DNA from: Macrostomum lignano
Taxonomy: Eukaryota
Direction of reading: 5' to 3'
Length of the DNA: 64,000 nucleotides
NCBI GenBank assembly: GCA_002269645.1
Contig: NIVC01001205.1
Location: 186,001-250,000, forward strand
Every line of letters starts with the position of its first letter. Position 1 is the stretch's first letter. The notes below the pieces were generated by a model. That model was not told where the DNA came from. It saw nothing but the letters and a program-made list of their open reading frames with translations, and made no database searches. This document shows positions 19,634 through 31,400 of the stretch, piece after piece. Made by a program: the position numbers and the translations under genes.

Positions 19634-22600
19634 GGGTGATTCTCATCGAGAGGTTTCGGAGGTTTTGAGGTTTTTCAGAGGTTTCATTTCGAACAAATAT
19701 TTTTGCACAAAAATTTTAATACTGTACAAAAATTAAAATCTTACTGTAATTTACTAATGAATACAAATTTTCTTTAGAATATAGCTCGGAGGTTTTGGAT
19801 TCTTTTTAATTTTGCTTCTGATAGGCACGCGCGAAAATTATTTAACTGTTTTTGTGCGAAGTGGTAGGGACTTCCATGACACATTTCATTTCATAAGCGC
19901 AAAGTTGCGAATCGTCACAAGTGTGTGTTGTTCCCTTTCAATGCATATTCGTAACTATCCTAATTTCTACTAGACCTGTCTATGTAATTAAATACAGACA
20001 CTATTTACCAATGCGAATTTCATATTGTTTTTTACTTGGTCTTAAGAAAGCTATCAATTTTTAAGCCAGACTTAAATTATGACTAACACTAACAAGACCA
20101 AGTCAGTATTTTTTTCATCAAATCAGTATCAGTCGCTATTTAATATAGATTGTTAGTCTAACTAACTAAAGGCCCTAAGTATTTTACTAGGCATATTTAA
20201 TGTAAAATATATTATTTTTATTTCACTTATTTGATATTCTTTTTTTATTTTATATCCAATTTACTAAAAAATTATTTTTATTTTATATTATTTTACTATT
20301 TTTACATCATCATCCTAAATCCTAACACACTATGCACAGGATAAAAATATTTATTACCTAAGACTAAGTCTCTAATCCTAGTGAATAATTCTCTTCACCA
20401 GGCTTTAAAAATGGCAATTTTTTATTTGATTGCTCTACCTCTACGTATAAATTTGAAAGCTCTAATGAACTGAAATTTTTACTTTTTAATTTTAATTATA
20501 ATTTATTAATAGCTATTTATATTCAGTTATAATTTAAGTTGATATGGGTGAGTACAATTTCTATTACTCTTATACATTAGTAACTTGCTTTAGTTTTTGT
20601 CTTTTTATGCAAATATTCAAAGTAAATAGTAGCTTGTACTTATGTATGCCTAGTTATCACATTTTTATTCAGTTTTTAATTTACTTTATAAGTGAATTGT
20701 TTTAATATTAAACCAATATACTCTCTTATCATCCACAGTAGTTGTCATGCCAATGAAATGCATGGTGCCAACCATGTTGGGGAGAAGGTTATAAATCTTT
20801 AGATTTTCTTATGATGTTAAGTACTTACACGACATCCATATACTAAAATGTAAGACTAACATTGTATTCCTTTATCAATCATGCCATCTTGCATGAGCCC
20901 ATCAAACTATGGGAATTCGTGCAAAGCAATGACCTACTAAAATACCTTTGCACAAGATGATATGCTTCTAGAAGTCGATTAAATTAATCCACCAAGTGTC
21001 TTTCTTGACACCCCAAGGTCTTCACTACATTTGACTACAACAAGTGAGTAAATTTTCTAAATGCTGTCTTTCCAATATACATGTTATGAGGATCAAGGGT
21101 AGCTGAAAGCAAAGGCCAATGGTTGGGGCAAGAGATGACATTCATACATGTTACATGGCTAGTGTCCCTAAATTCCTAATGGCGCGATTTTCAGCAAAAG
21201 TTATGGCATGACCTTTCAGGGAAATTCATTCCAATGATTAGACAGATAAAATTCCTCATTTCACTATTACCCATTACAGGACATTTTGGTGCAGCTCGAC
21301 TTCAGCGTTGTTGCTCATCATTGCAGCACTCGAGTCCCATTGTCGCATTTTTGGGCTTCCAGCATCAACTGGTTCGATTAGTCTCAATTGGAGGCCATGA
21401 AAACCAATGTCAGGCATGCTGGTGCCAATCTTGGAGAGGAATTTGCAGCCCACCTGATTGCCCTGCGGGAATTGTGTCAAGGGAACTCACACCAAGCATT
21501 TTTGTCCAGCAGCAGCAGCAGCCGAGTGCTGATCCAAATGGAACTCACTACAACTGACATAATGCGACTGCCCAATTGCACTTTGCTGGCCGTAGCGGAA
21601 ACCGCGCACTGGAGAAGCATCGCCCATGTTCCTCACCCTACAATATTGAGGTCTCGATCACCTCGGTGGTCTTGACGATGTAGGATGCATCTTCATAGAC
21701 ATGTCATTGAACCTGGAATGCTATGCTGCATCTCAAAAGGCTGGCTAACGTTTTTTCAAGGGTTTAGTGCGGCGAGACTCCAAGTCTGATAGATAACTAA
21801 TGTCAGCCAGCGTACGCCAACTTGATACAAGCAAACGAGCTTCACGGTAGTTGCCAATTGGTCTTGCCTTATTTTTTTAGGCCTTACATTTTTAAAACAT
21901 CGAACATTGCAAGAATGCATTTCAAAAACAAAGAAGGAACGTTTTGTATTTTCTCTATCAGTATGTATATTTATCTATACATTGCTGTTACATTACCTAA
22001 ATACGCTATATTATAAATATTCTTTGAGAGTCAAATCAAAACAGTTTAAAAGTTCACATTTCAGATCTTTACATGAGAGAATATAAGTCTTTTCTTGTTA
22101 TTTACTCAGATGAAAGTGAAGTTCTTAACTTTAGGAGTTAATGCGCATATTAAAGACGATGCCCGCAAAAACGAAGGCTGTAGCGCGTCAGCCAGCAAGC
22201 AGTTGAAGAACTTCAGTCACTCATCTCGAAGGCAGTGCGCAGTAGATTAGCCCTAGGCTGTCGGTTGATGTCATCTGGTTAGTAGCTAGAGCACAGCCAT
22301 CTTCTGTATGCTGACAACCAAACCAATTGCCACCACAAAAGCAACCAGCCTGCCAAAGCTCTAAGGGTGGCGAGCTAGGTTGCACTGAGACGCAACATAA
22401 GTGGGTATAGGACATGGAATGCCATAATGCCTGTTATTAGATTAGACAAACATGAAGCATTGTTGGCCTGTACAGGCTCAGAATGCAGGCAGGAGACCAG
22501 GCAAGCGGTAGTTCAGGCATGGTATTGGCAGCTGAAACAAAGTATGTTGAAATAAAAGGCATTGATTATGATTACTTTTATCTATAACTTTTCATAAACA

Positions 22601-23577
22601 ATCAATTTCAAAAGTCAATAAACATATTGATTTTCCTATACATTTGTTCTTGCAATCTTTAAAGATGCCAATAATACATTTATATTGAAGAAATTATGAT
22701 ATTTTTAAATAAACAATGTCAAAAATGTGTCCAATGACTTTTTAGTTTTAACTCTAGTAAAAATATTGGTATCGGCTATCTAGCTTATTGCTCAACATAG
22801 ATTTTTAGCATCAAACAAAGGTGGTGCAATACATGTACAAAGTCTTACTGCAAGCATTTTGTTTGTATAAGAACTAAATCTAAGGTGTTAGAGAGCTTTT
22901 GTCAGCAGTAGCAGTTGTGCAACTAGCGTTATTTTTTGAGAGAAAAGCTAATAGCTTTTAGTAATTAAAATAAATTTTATGATTAAAAGTTAAATGCTCT
23001 GCTTTAAGTAATAAAAATGCATACTTGTAATTCTAGGCCATCATATATTTATAAAAAACATTGAGACAAGAATAATTCTTCTATTTACTTCTCTGAGGCA
23101 GTATGCATGCAGGTCGTCAATGTCATTACATAGTTCGAATGCAAAATGGTATGCAGCACTCAAAAGTAAAAACAGGAAATGGATGAAACAGCTGTCTATA
23201 TGTTTTCAGTATATTTCAAGCAGCGCCTTTAAGTCGAATATTTTTTATTTTGTTTTTGCACCTTGAATGTAAATGCCAATGGCAACGATGACATTACCAG
23301 TGTGTTGTGTTGCGTGCAGTGTTTTTAAAAAACCACTTTCTTTAAGCATAAAATAGTTGCCTAAGTTAAATAATTTCCGCGCGTGCCTATCAGAAGAAAA
23401 ATTAAAAAGAATCCAAAACCTCCGAGCTATATTCTAAATAAAATTTGTATTCATTAGTAAATTTCAGTAAGATTTCAATTTTTGTACAGTATTAAAATTT
23501 TTGTGCAAAAATATTTGTTCGAAATGAAACCTCTGAAAAACCTCAAAACCTCCGAAACCTCTCGATGAGAATCACCC
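19634..23577. mobile_element. Mutator-like (MULE) non-autonomous DNA transposon, 3.9 kb
   Basis: ~214-bp TIRs (19634-19847 and 23364-23577) starting GGGTGATTCTC, with about 5 mismatches by eye. Perfect 9-bp TSD TTCAAAATC at 19625-19633 and 23578-23586. No intact transposase ORF. Confidence 0.92.
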
Positions 23578-23712
23578 TTCAAAATCCGCAATCGCCAAGT
23601 CTACCATATCGTAACTCGCATCGTAACTCGTGTAAAAATTTAACCTTTTGAACAAATACTAAATACATCGGATCATACTGGCAAAACAGGCTCCTTAAGC
23701 CTGAGCCAAATT

Positions 23713-23778
<66 letters not shown>
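23713..23778. repeat. (TAC)n microsatellite
   Basis: Perfect trinucleotide run. Confidence 0.97.
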
Positions 23779-24223
23779 CATAAATTTTCTTCCTCCGCCC
23801 CCACCTCATAATCTAACATGGACTTAGTTAGAGCTAGCTCGCATACATTGAAATTGAAAAAAATTAAATAATTAATGAAAAAAGTAGATTCTATAATTTT
23901 AAGTTGCTAGGCCTATTCGCTAACTAGATCAGGAGATTCTAATATACACAGTATACAATATTTGGTCAATTACAGGATGTCTCGGGTGTGTGTATCTGAC
24001 TCATCTGGAAATCAAAATAAATTGGTTAAAACACTTTAGTTAGTTTTAAACAAGTTAAACACATATGCCGGTACACACAAATGTGTTTTGTTGTTCTTTC
24101 TTCGAAGTTTGTTTGCATATTCTTTTGGAGCATATTAATTAATACATATTATATTAATCACTTGTTACCAAAGTGGCTGTTATTGAAATGGCTGTTACTG
24201 AAGTGGTCATTTTTTGTTACCGA

Positions 24224-25050
24224 TGTCACGTTATTGGCGTAGCGGCCAGCTATGCGGTGACCCTTAAAAGGGCCGTTTTAGTCCCAAAATAAGTTGAAGT
24301 CAATTCTTGTAAAGCGGATTTTGTAGCGGAGCACTTGGCGATAAAGGCAGGAACTGCCGTAGTTGTCTTTATTGTTAATATCAGTATTAAGTTTGGTTGT
24401 TACTGGCAATAAACAGACTATAGCTTTCTGGGCACTGGCGGCTGCAGCAATGGGTTGAATATAATTTGGATATGAAGTCAAGTGGCAGGCGAATGACACA
24501 ATGGCGACGTGACGTGAGCAGTGGCTATGATCACAGTGAATGCAGTGAAACGTAGTGGTGAGTTGGCGTCGGTCGTGGCGTGAAACAGTCAAGTAAGTGT
24601 GTGAGCAGGCTGGCCCAGACAGAAGGGCCGTGGTGAGAAATAAGGAGGCTCGAGGCAGCCAGACAAACAGATAAGACAGCTAAGAGGCCGCAGGGAAGGA
24701 AACAAGGAACAAGCGGGGAGAGAGAAGAGGCGTGAGGGGTGCCCGCCGCCAGGCGGGGGGTTTAATAAAAGAGCGCAGAGGGGGGTAGCGCGAGCACGAG
24801 TGATTTCATTGGCTGGCGAGAGAACTTAAAATTATCGATCGTGCCAATTTTATACGGTTGCGAGAGAGGATAGCAAAATATACAATGAATTATAAATTGC
24901 CACAAAATCGTTGGGCACTACTACAAGTAAACGTCGCAATAAACGAATGGAAAAGTTTAGTTGAAACGGTGAAACTGAAGGGTTGAATGACTATGGAGAA
25001 CAGCAGTCCAACGGCCCTTTTCGGGACCACCTTAAACTGACAACGTCACA
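24224..25050. mobile_element. Solo LTR (827 bp)
   Basis: Begins TGTCACG and ends CGTCACA. 4-bp TSD CCGA at 24220-24223 and 25051-25054, with an internal AATAAA at about 24764. Removing it restores the local GTTACCGAAGTGGCT motif. Confidence 0.75.
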
Positions 25051-25070
25051 CCGAAGTGGCTATTACTAAA

Positions 25071-25468
25071 CAAAGAGCTTGCGTGCACGGCAGCCGTTCA
25101 CGTAAGCTCAGAATTGCGTGCACGGTGGCTATCTACCTAGTGCTTTATTTGCATGTATGCAGCCGTTCACCTAGTGTTGTAATTGCGTGCACGGCAGCCG
25201 GCAATTGGCCGGGACTGGGGCCCTTAAATCCACGCATTGGCATTGGCAAACCTAATTCAGAAATTCTTTTTACTATATTGTTTTATAATGTTTTATCCCC
25301 CGTACACCATGGACTGCAAATGTAATCTTAATTCATTGCTTTTTTGTTAATTTGAATATTAATTCGAATAGTATATGACTTACTGTATATAAGCCTATAA
25401 GATATAGCTCTGCCGTGCACGCAATTCTGAAGCTTACGTGAACGGCGGCCGTGCACGCAAGCTCTTCG
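25071..25468. mobile_element. MITE with ~55-bp TIRs and a 9-bp TSD (Mutator-type)
   Basis: TIR core AAGAGCTTGCGTGCACGGC.GCCGTTCACGTAAGCT; TSD ATTACTAAA at 25062-25070 and 25469-25477. Confidence 0.85.
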
Positions 25469-25639
25469 ATTACTAAAATGGCTAGGCCTATTATCGAAAT
25501 GGACTGTTACCCTTAATATTAGATGAATTATTTACAATTAATAGGCTTGCTAAAGCCAAATTGTCACTCTAAAAGGATTAATAAAAAGTCTTTTTTTGAG
25601 AGCATTTTCAGTCTAGTTCATAAAAAAAGCATTTTAATT

Positions 25640-25934
25640 GGTAATGTAATGGCTAGAGTTCTGGCACTAGAACCCGTTTTCTAACAGCTAGGGATCCAGC
25701 AGTGCAGTATAGAAGCATATAAAGACTACTAAGAACATATCTTAAGAAGTATGGATATTAGAAGCATCTCGTCCTGAATCTTATCATATTGTCTTAAATT
25801 TTAATCTAGAACAAAATCTCAATATCAGCCATATTTAGAAAGAAAAATATAATGTTCCATCTATATTATAATGGCATTGCTGGATCCATAGCCATTAGAA
25901 AATGGGTTCCAGTGCCTGAACTCTAGCCATTACC
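25640..25934. mobile_element. MITE with ~60-bp TIRs and a 9-bp TSD (Mutator-type)
   Basis: TIR GTAATGGCTAGAGTTC.GGCACT.GAACCC...GGATCCAGCA; TSD ATTTTAATT at 25631-25639 and 25935-25943. Confidence 0.8.
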
Positions 25935-26167
25935 ATTTTAATTATTGCCCTATTGTAGTAGTTCAAATAGGCCTACACCTTGAAAATTTAGTTTTACCAC
26001 TGATATTGTGATAGGCCTAGCAAGCAAAAAGCTAATAGGCCTACTTGATATAACTAATAATAAATGCATTTTTAAAGTTTAAAAACTTTTTAAAGTTTAG
26101 TTAACCATAGTCATAGACAGAATCTAGTTTTATTTCAAATTCTTGACTTTTCTATTAAGGCATAAAT

Positions 26168-27225
26168 CAGCATTGGCAAACTGTGGCCAGTGGCCCATAG
26201 GCCAAATCTGGCCTGCAACATCTTCAAGTCCAGCCTGCAGCACTCTTACTATCTATCAAAGTGGCCTATCAATCAACTTTGTTATTATATCTTTGCACAA
26301 ATCACATAGTCAGTCACTAAGTCTAAGTAAAGCAACTTAGAAATTTAGTCAGCTCAAGGCTCTGGCTTTTATGCCATGTTTTTTTTGCACATTAGTGTCT
26401 AACTTAGCAAACTGTCTCTCTTTTAATCCAGCTTAACTTCAGCTCGCAGGCTTGCCCATAGACATAGTTTGTACTAAAGGCATACATATCATTTGTGTTA
26501 AAACATTTAACTTTACAATCAAAATTAGCTTTTATCCCATGGCATAATTCCTATATCAATTTTAATGGTGGTATAGTAATGTTGGTTATATTTGATCTAT
26601 CATCTAAAATTGTTGCAAGCATGGATATCTCTAAGTCTATCCTATAGAATTGTTTGTTAAAATATTTTTTGTTTGAATTCAATTCAATTGTATAACTAGA
26701 TAATTTTATCCAAGACACATCTCTCTACTATATTTGAATTTATATATTGCTATGTTAGGAATTCTTATTAAAATAGTATCAGTTTAGTGCACACAAAGTA
26801 TAAAAATATGTTTATAGTCAAAAGGCTGTGACACTGTGGGAGACCTTCAAAGGGAGATGTGTTTTAGATTGAAAATTAGCTATTGAGCTACCAATACTAG
26901 TACTGGGATTCAAGTCAAGCCAATGCTTTACTTTTCTAATTTTGGACTATTTCTCTCTTGATATCTTGACAATTAGCAGCTTCAAGTTAGATTGTACCAC
27001 TGTTTAACTTTCAAATACTCGTAGTACCCTTATGTTGTGATGTGGTGATTGACTGTAACAAAAAATTTAGCTGCTAGTACATGTTAGAAGCAAAAATAAT
27101 TTAACAAATGATTGTTTAAGATACCAAATTATCATTTATAGCTTCAATTTTTTTCATTTTTTCTGGCTTGCCACCTCAGTCAGTCTTTCAATCTAGCCTG
27201 CATTGAAAAAGTTTGCCAATCCCTG
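26168..27225. mobile_element. Old hAT-like non-autonomous element
   Basis: Ends CAGCATTGGCAAAC... and ...GTTTGCCAATCCCTG, similar to the hAT TIR at 51751-51765. No TSD preserved. Confidence 0.55.
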
Positions 27226-27714
27226 TATTATATATATAGCCATATAGGCTGAAAAAGTTAAAACTGAACTAAATATATTAAATATATTTTTCAAAGTTGT
27301 AAAATTAAAGATGTTAATTAAAATTGTAATTAATTTAATTGTTGAATAAGTTTTAAATTATTATGCTTATCTATTCAAAAGATTTTATAGAACATTTTTT
27401 CTTCTAAAATATCCCTTTTTAATTAGATAGGCCTTAATATAATACCATTGATATCAATCTATCAAAGTTCTATTATAACCAACATTTTTGCATATATTTG
27501 TGGCCATAGCTTTTTTATAGCTTATTTATATATTATAGCAAATAATTTTTTATAACTTGCCATAACTTTTAGTGATAATAAATGTAATGGTAAGTCTTAT
27601 AATTCACTATCATATAATTAAACAGTAACAGAAATTAACAAATGATGGCAATAGTTTCCCTTGCAGCAATAGTAGCCAGGGAATCTTCTCCCTTTAACAA
27701 CTAAGAAATTCCAT

Positions 27715-28330
27715 CTCTATGAGGAATTCCCCCCCTTTAAGGAAGTGAGGAAAACCCTTTTAGCAACTGAGGAATCCCCCCTTAGCAACTGCGGAATTCC
27801 CCCTTAGCAACTGAGGAATTCCCCCTTAGCAACTGCGGAATTCCCCCTTAGCAACTGAGGAATTCCCCCTTAGCAACTGCGGAATTCTCCTTTAGCAACT
27901 GAGGAATTCCCCCTTAGCAACTGAGGAATTCCCCCTTAGCAACTGCGGAATTCCCCTTTAGCAACTGAGGAATTCCCCCTTAGCAACTGAGGAATTCCCC
28001 TTTAGCAACTGAGGAATTCCCCCTTAGCAACTGCGGAATTCCCCTTTAGCAACTGAGGAATGCCCCCTTAGCAACTGAGGAATTCCCCTTTAGCAATTGA
28101 GGAATTCCCCCTTAGCAACTGTGGAATTCCCCTTTAGCAACTGATAAATTCCCCCTTAGCAACTGCAGAATTCCCCTTTAGCAACTGTGGGATTTACCCT
28201 TGGCAACTGGGGAATTTCTCCTTTAGCAACCAAGGGATTCCCTCTTCGGCAACTGAGGAACCCCCTTTATTTACTGAGGAAGTCCCTCTTTGGTACCTGA
28301 GTAATTTCTCCTTTGGTAACTGAGAAAGTC
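27715..28330. repeat. 22-bp minisatellite CTGAGGAATTCCCCCTTAGCAA
   Basis: About 25 units ending just before the acceptor at 28360. Confidence 0.95.
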
Positions 28331-28422
28331 CCATTTTACCAACCAATTTCCATTTTTCAGCTTTCAAAAATCATTGCAACTTTCAATTTCAACAGCAGAC
28401 TTCCTGTCTAGCAACACTCTAG

Positions 28423-31400
28423 ATGTCCCAGTCAATGCACCAGCTGCCAGATAAGCTGTTTCTATTGCGGCCAATACTGCACTGCTACAATTCGGATAAT
28501 GACGGACACCAGGTTGATTGGCAGTTCGAAGAGGGTTGGCCTGCAGATGAGTTTGATGGTTAGAAATTTTGCATGGTTTTTGTTCACATGAGATTCGTGT
28601 TAGACCCAGTTTCCTAATCCAAAACACATCCCAGATCCCTAATCCTAAACACATCCCAGATCCCTAATCCTAAACACATCCCAGATCCCTAATCCTAAAC
28701 ACATCCCAGTTCCCTAATCCTAAACACATCCCAGATCCCTAATCCTAAACACATCCCAGATCCCTAATCCTAAACACACCCCAGATCCCTAATCCTAAAC
28801 ACAGATCCCGATTACCAAAACCCTAATCAAAATCCCAATTCTCAGATCCCTAATCCAAATTCCAATTCCCAGATCCTTAATCCCAATTCCCAGATCCCTA
28901 GTCCCAATTCCCAGATCCCTAATCCCAATTCCCAGATCCCTAGTCCCAATTCCCAGATCCATTACCCTAACGCAGATCCCAGATCTCTAATCCAACACCA
29001 ACAAAAACCCGCACCCAGAGGGCGACTTTGATGTCTCGGATCTGACGGCCTACATAGACAGACGCGCAGGCAGTCAGGGGTCGGGCTTGAATGCGGCCGC
29101 CGTTGATGTGGATACGAAAAGTCCCGAGTCTGCTTCTCAGTCTGCTGCCGTTTCTCCTCCCGCTGTGGACACCGACTGCTCTAACTCTGACTTGGCGCGC
29201 ACCCCGCTGTCTGTACGGAACTGTTCGGCCGATGCGGTGTGCACTGACTCGCTTCTTGATGTTGACTTTACAGCGGTGGCATCAAGGGTGACCCCTTCGA
29301 CCGCTGCGCCAGTAGTGGTGACGCCAACCGCGAAAGCTGCAGCTACAGCGCCATCTGCTGCGGCGCCATCTGCTGCGGTGCCATCTGCTGCGGCGCCATC
29401 TGCTGCGGCGCCATCTGCTGCAGCTAAGGCGCCATCTGCTGCGGCTAAGGCGCCATCTGCTGCAGCTAAGGCGCCATCTGCTACGGCGCCATCTGCTGCA
29501 GCTAAGGCGCCATCTGCGGCGGCGCCATCTGCTGCAGCACCATCTGCTTCAGCTAAGGCGCCATCTGTTACAACGCCATCTTCTGCGGCGCCATCTGCTG
29601 CGGTGCCATCTGCTGCAGCTAAGGCGCCATCTGTTACGGCGCCTTCTGTTACGACGCCATCTGCTGCGGTGCCATCTGGTACGGCGCCATCTGCTGCAGC
29701 GCCATCTGCTGCGGCGCCATATGCTGCGGCGCCATCTGCTGCAGCTAAGGCGCCATCTGCTACGGCGCCACCTGCTGCAGCTAAGGCGCCATCTGCTACG
29801 ACGCCATGTAGTACGAAGCTATGTGGTACGGCGCCATCTGTTACGGCGCCACCTACTACGGCGCCACCTGCTGCAGCTAAGGCGCCATCTGCTGCAGCTA
29901 AGGCGCCATCTGTTACGGCGCCATCTGCTGCGGCGCCATCTGTTACGGCGCCACCTGCTGCGGTGCCATCTGCTGCGGCGCCATCTACTGCAGCTAAGGC
30001 GCCACCTGCTGCGCCGCCATCTGCCGTGGAGCCATCTGCTGCAGCTAAGGCGCCATCTGCTGAAGCTAAGGCACCATCTGTTACGGCGCCTTCTGTTACG
30101 GTGCCTTCTGTTACGACGCCATCTGCTGCGGCGCCATCTGGTACGGCGCGATCTGCTGCGGTGCCATCTGCTGCAGCTAAGGCGCCATCTGTTACGGCGC
30201 CTTCTGTTACGACGCCATCTGCTGCGGTGCCATCTGGTACGGCGCCATCTGCTGCAGCGCCATCTGCTGCGGCGCCATATGCTGCGGCGCCATCTGCTGC
30301 AGCTAAGGCGCCATCTGCTACGGCGCCACCTGCTGCAGCTAAGGCGCCATCTGCTACGACGCCATGTAGTACGAAGCTATGTGGTACGGCGCCATCTGTT
30401 ACGGCGCCACCTACTACGGCGCCACCTGCTGCAGCTAAGGCGCCATCTGCTGCAGCTAAGGCGCCATCTGTTACGGCGCCATCTGCTGCGGCGCCATCTG
30501 TTACGGCGCCACCTGCTGCGGTGCCATCTGCTGCGGCGCCATCTACTGCAGCTAAGGCGCCACCTGCTGCGCCGCCATCTGCCGTGGAGCCATCTGCTGC
30601 AGCTAAGGCGCCATCTGCTGAAGCTAAGGCACCATCTGTTACGGCGCCTTCTGTTACGGTGCCTTCTGTTACGACGCCATCTGCTGCGGCGCCATCTGGT
30701 ACGGCGCGATCTGCTGCGGCGCCATCTGCTACGGCGCCATCTGCTACGGCGCCATCTGCTGCGGCGCCATCTCCTGCGGCGCCATCTGTTGCAGCTAAGG
30801 CGCCATCTGCTACGGCGCCATCTGCAGCTAAGGCGCCATCTGCTACGGCGCCATCTGCAGCTAAGGCGCCATCTGCTACGGCGCCATCTGCTGCAGCTAA
30901 GGCGCCATCTGCTACGACGCCATGTAGTACGAAGCTATGTGGTACGGCGCCATCTGCTGCGGCGCCATCTGCTACGGCGCCACCTGCTGCGGTGCCATCT
31001 GCTCCGGCGCCATCTGCTGCAGCTAAGGCGCCACCTGCTGCGCCGCCATCTGCCGTGGCGCCATCTGCTGCAGCTAAGGCGCCATCGGCTGCAGCTAAGG
31101 CGCCATCTGCTGCGGCGCCATCTGCTACGGCGCCATCTGCTGCAGCTAAGGCGCCATCTGCTACGACGCCATGTAGTACGAAGCTATGTGGTACGGCGCC
31201 ATCTGCTGCGGCGCCATCTGCTGCGGCGCCATCTGCTACGGGGCCACCTGCTGCGGTGCCATCTGCTCCGGCGCCATCTGCTGCAGCTAAGGCGCCACCT
31301 GCTGCGCCGCCATCTGCCGTGGCGCCATCTGCTGCAGCTAAGGCGCCATCGGCTGCAGCTAAGGCGCCATCTGCTGCGGCGCCATCTGCTGCGGCGCCAT

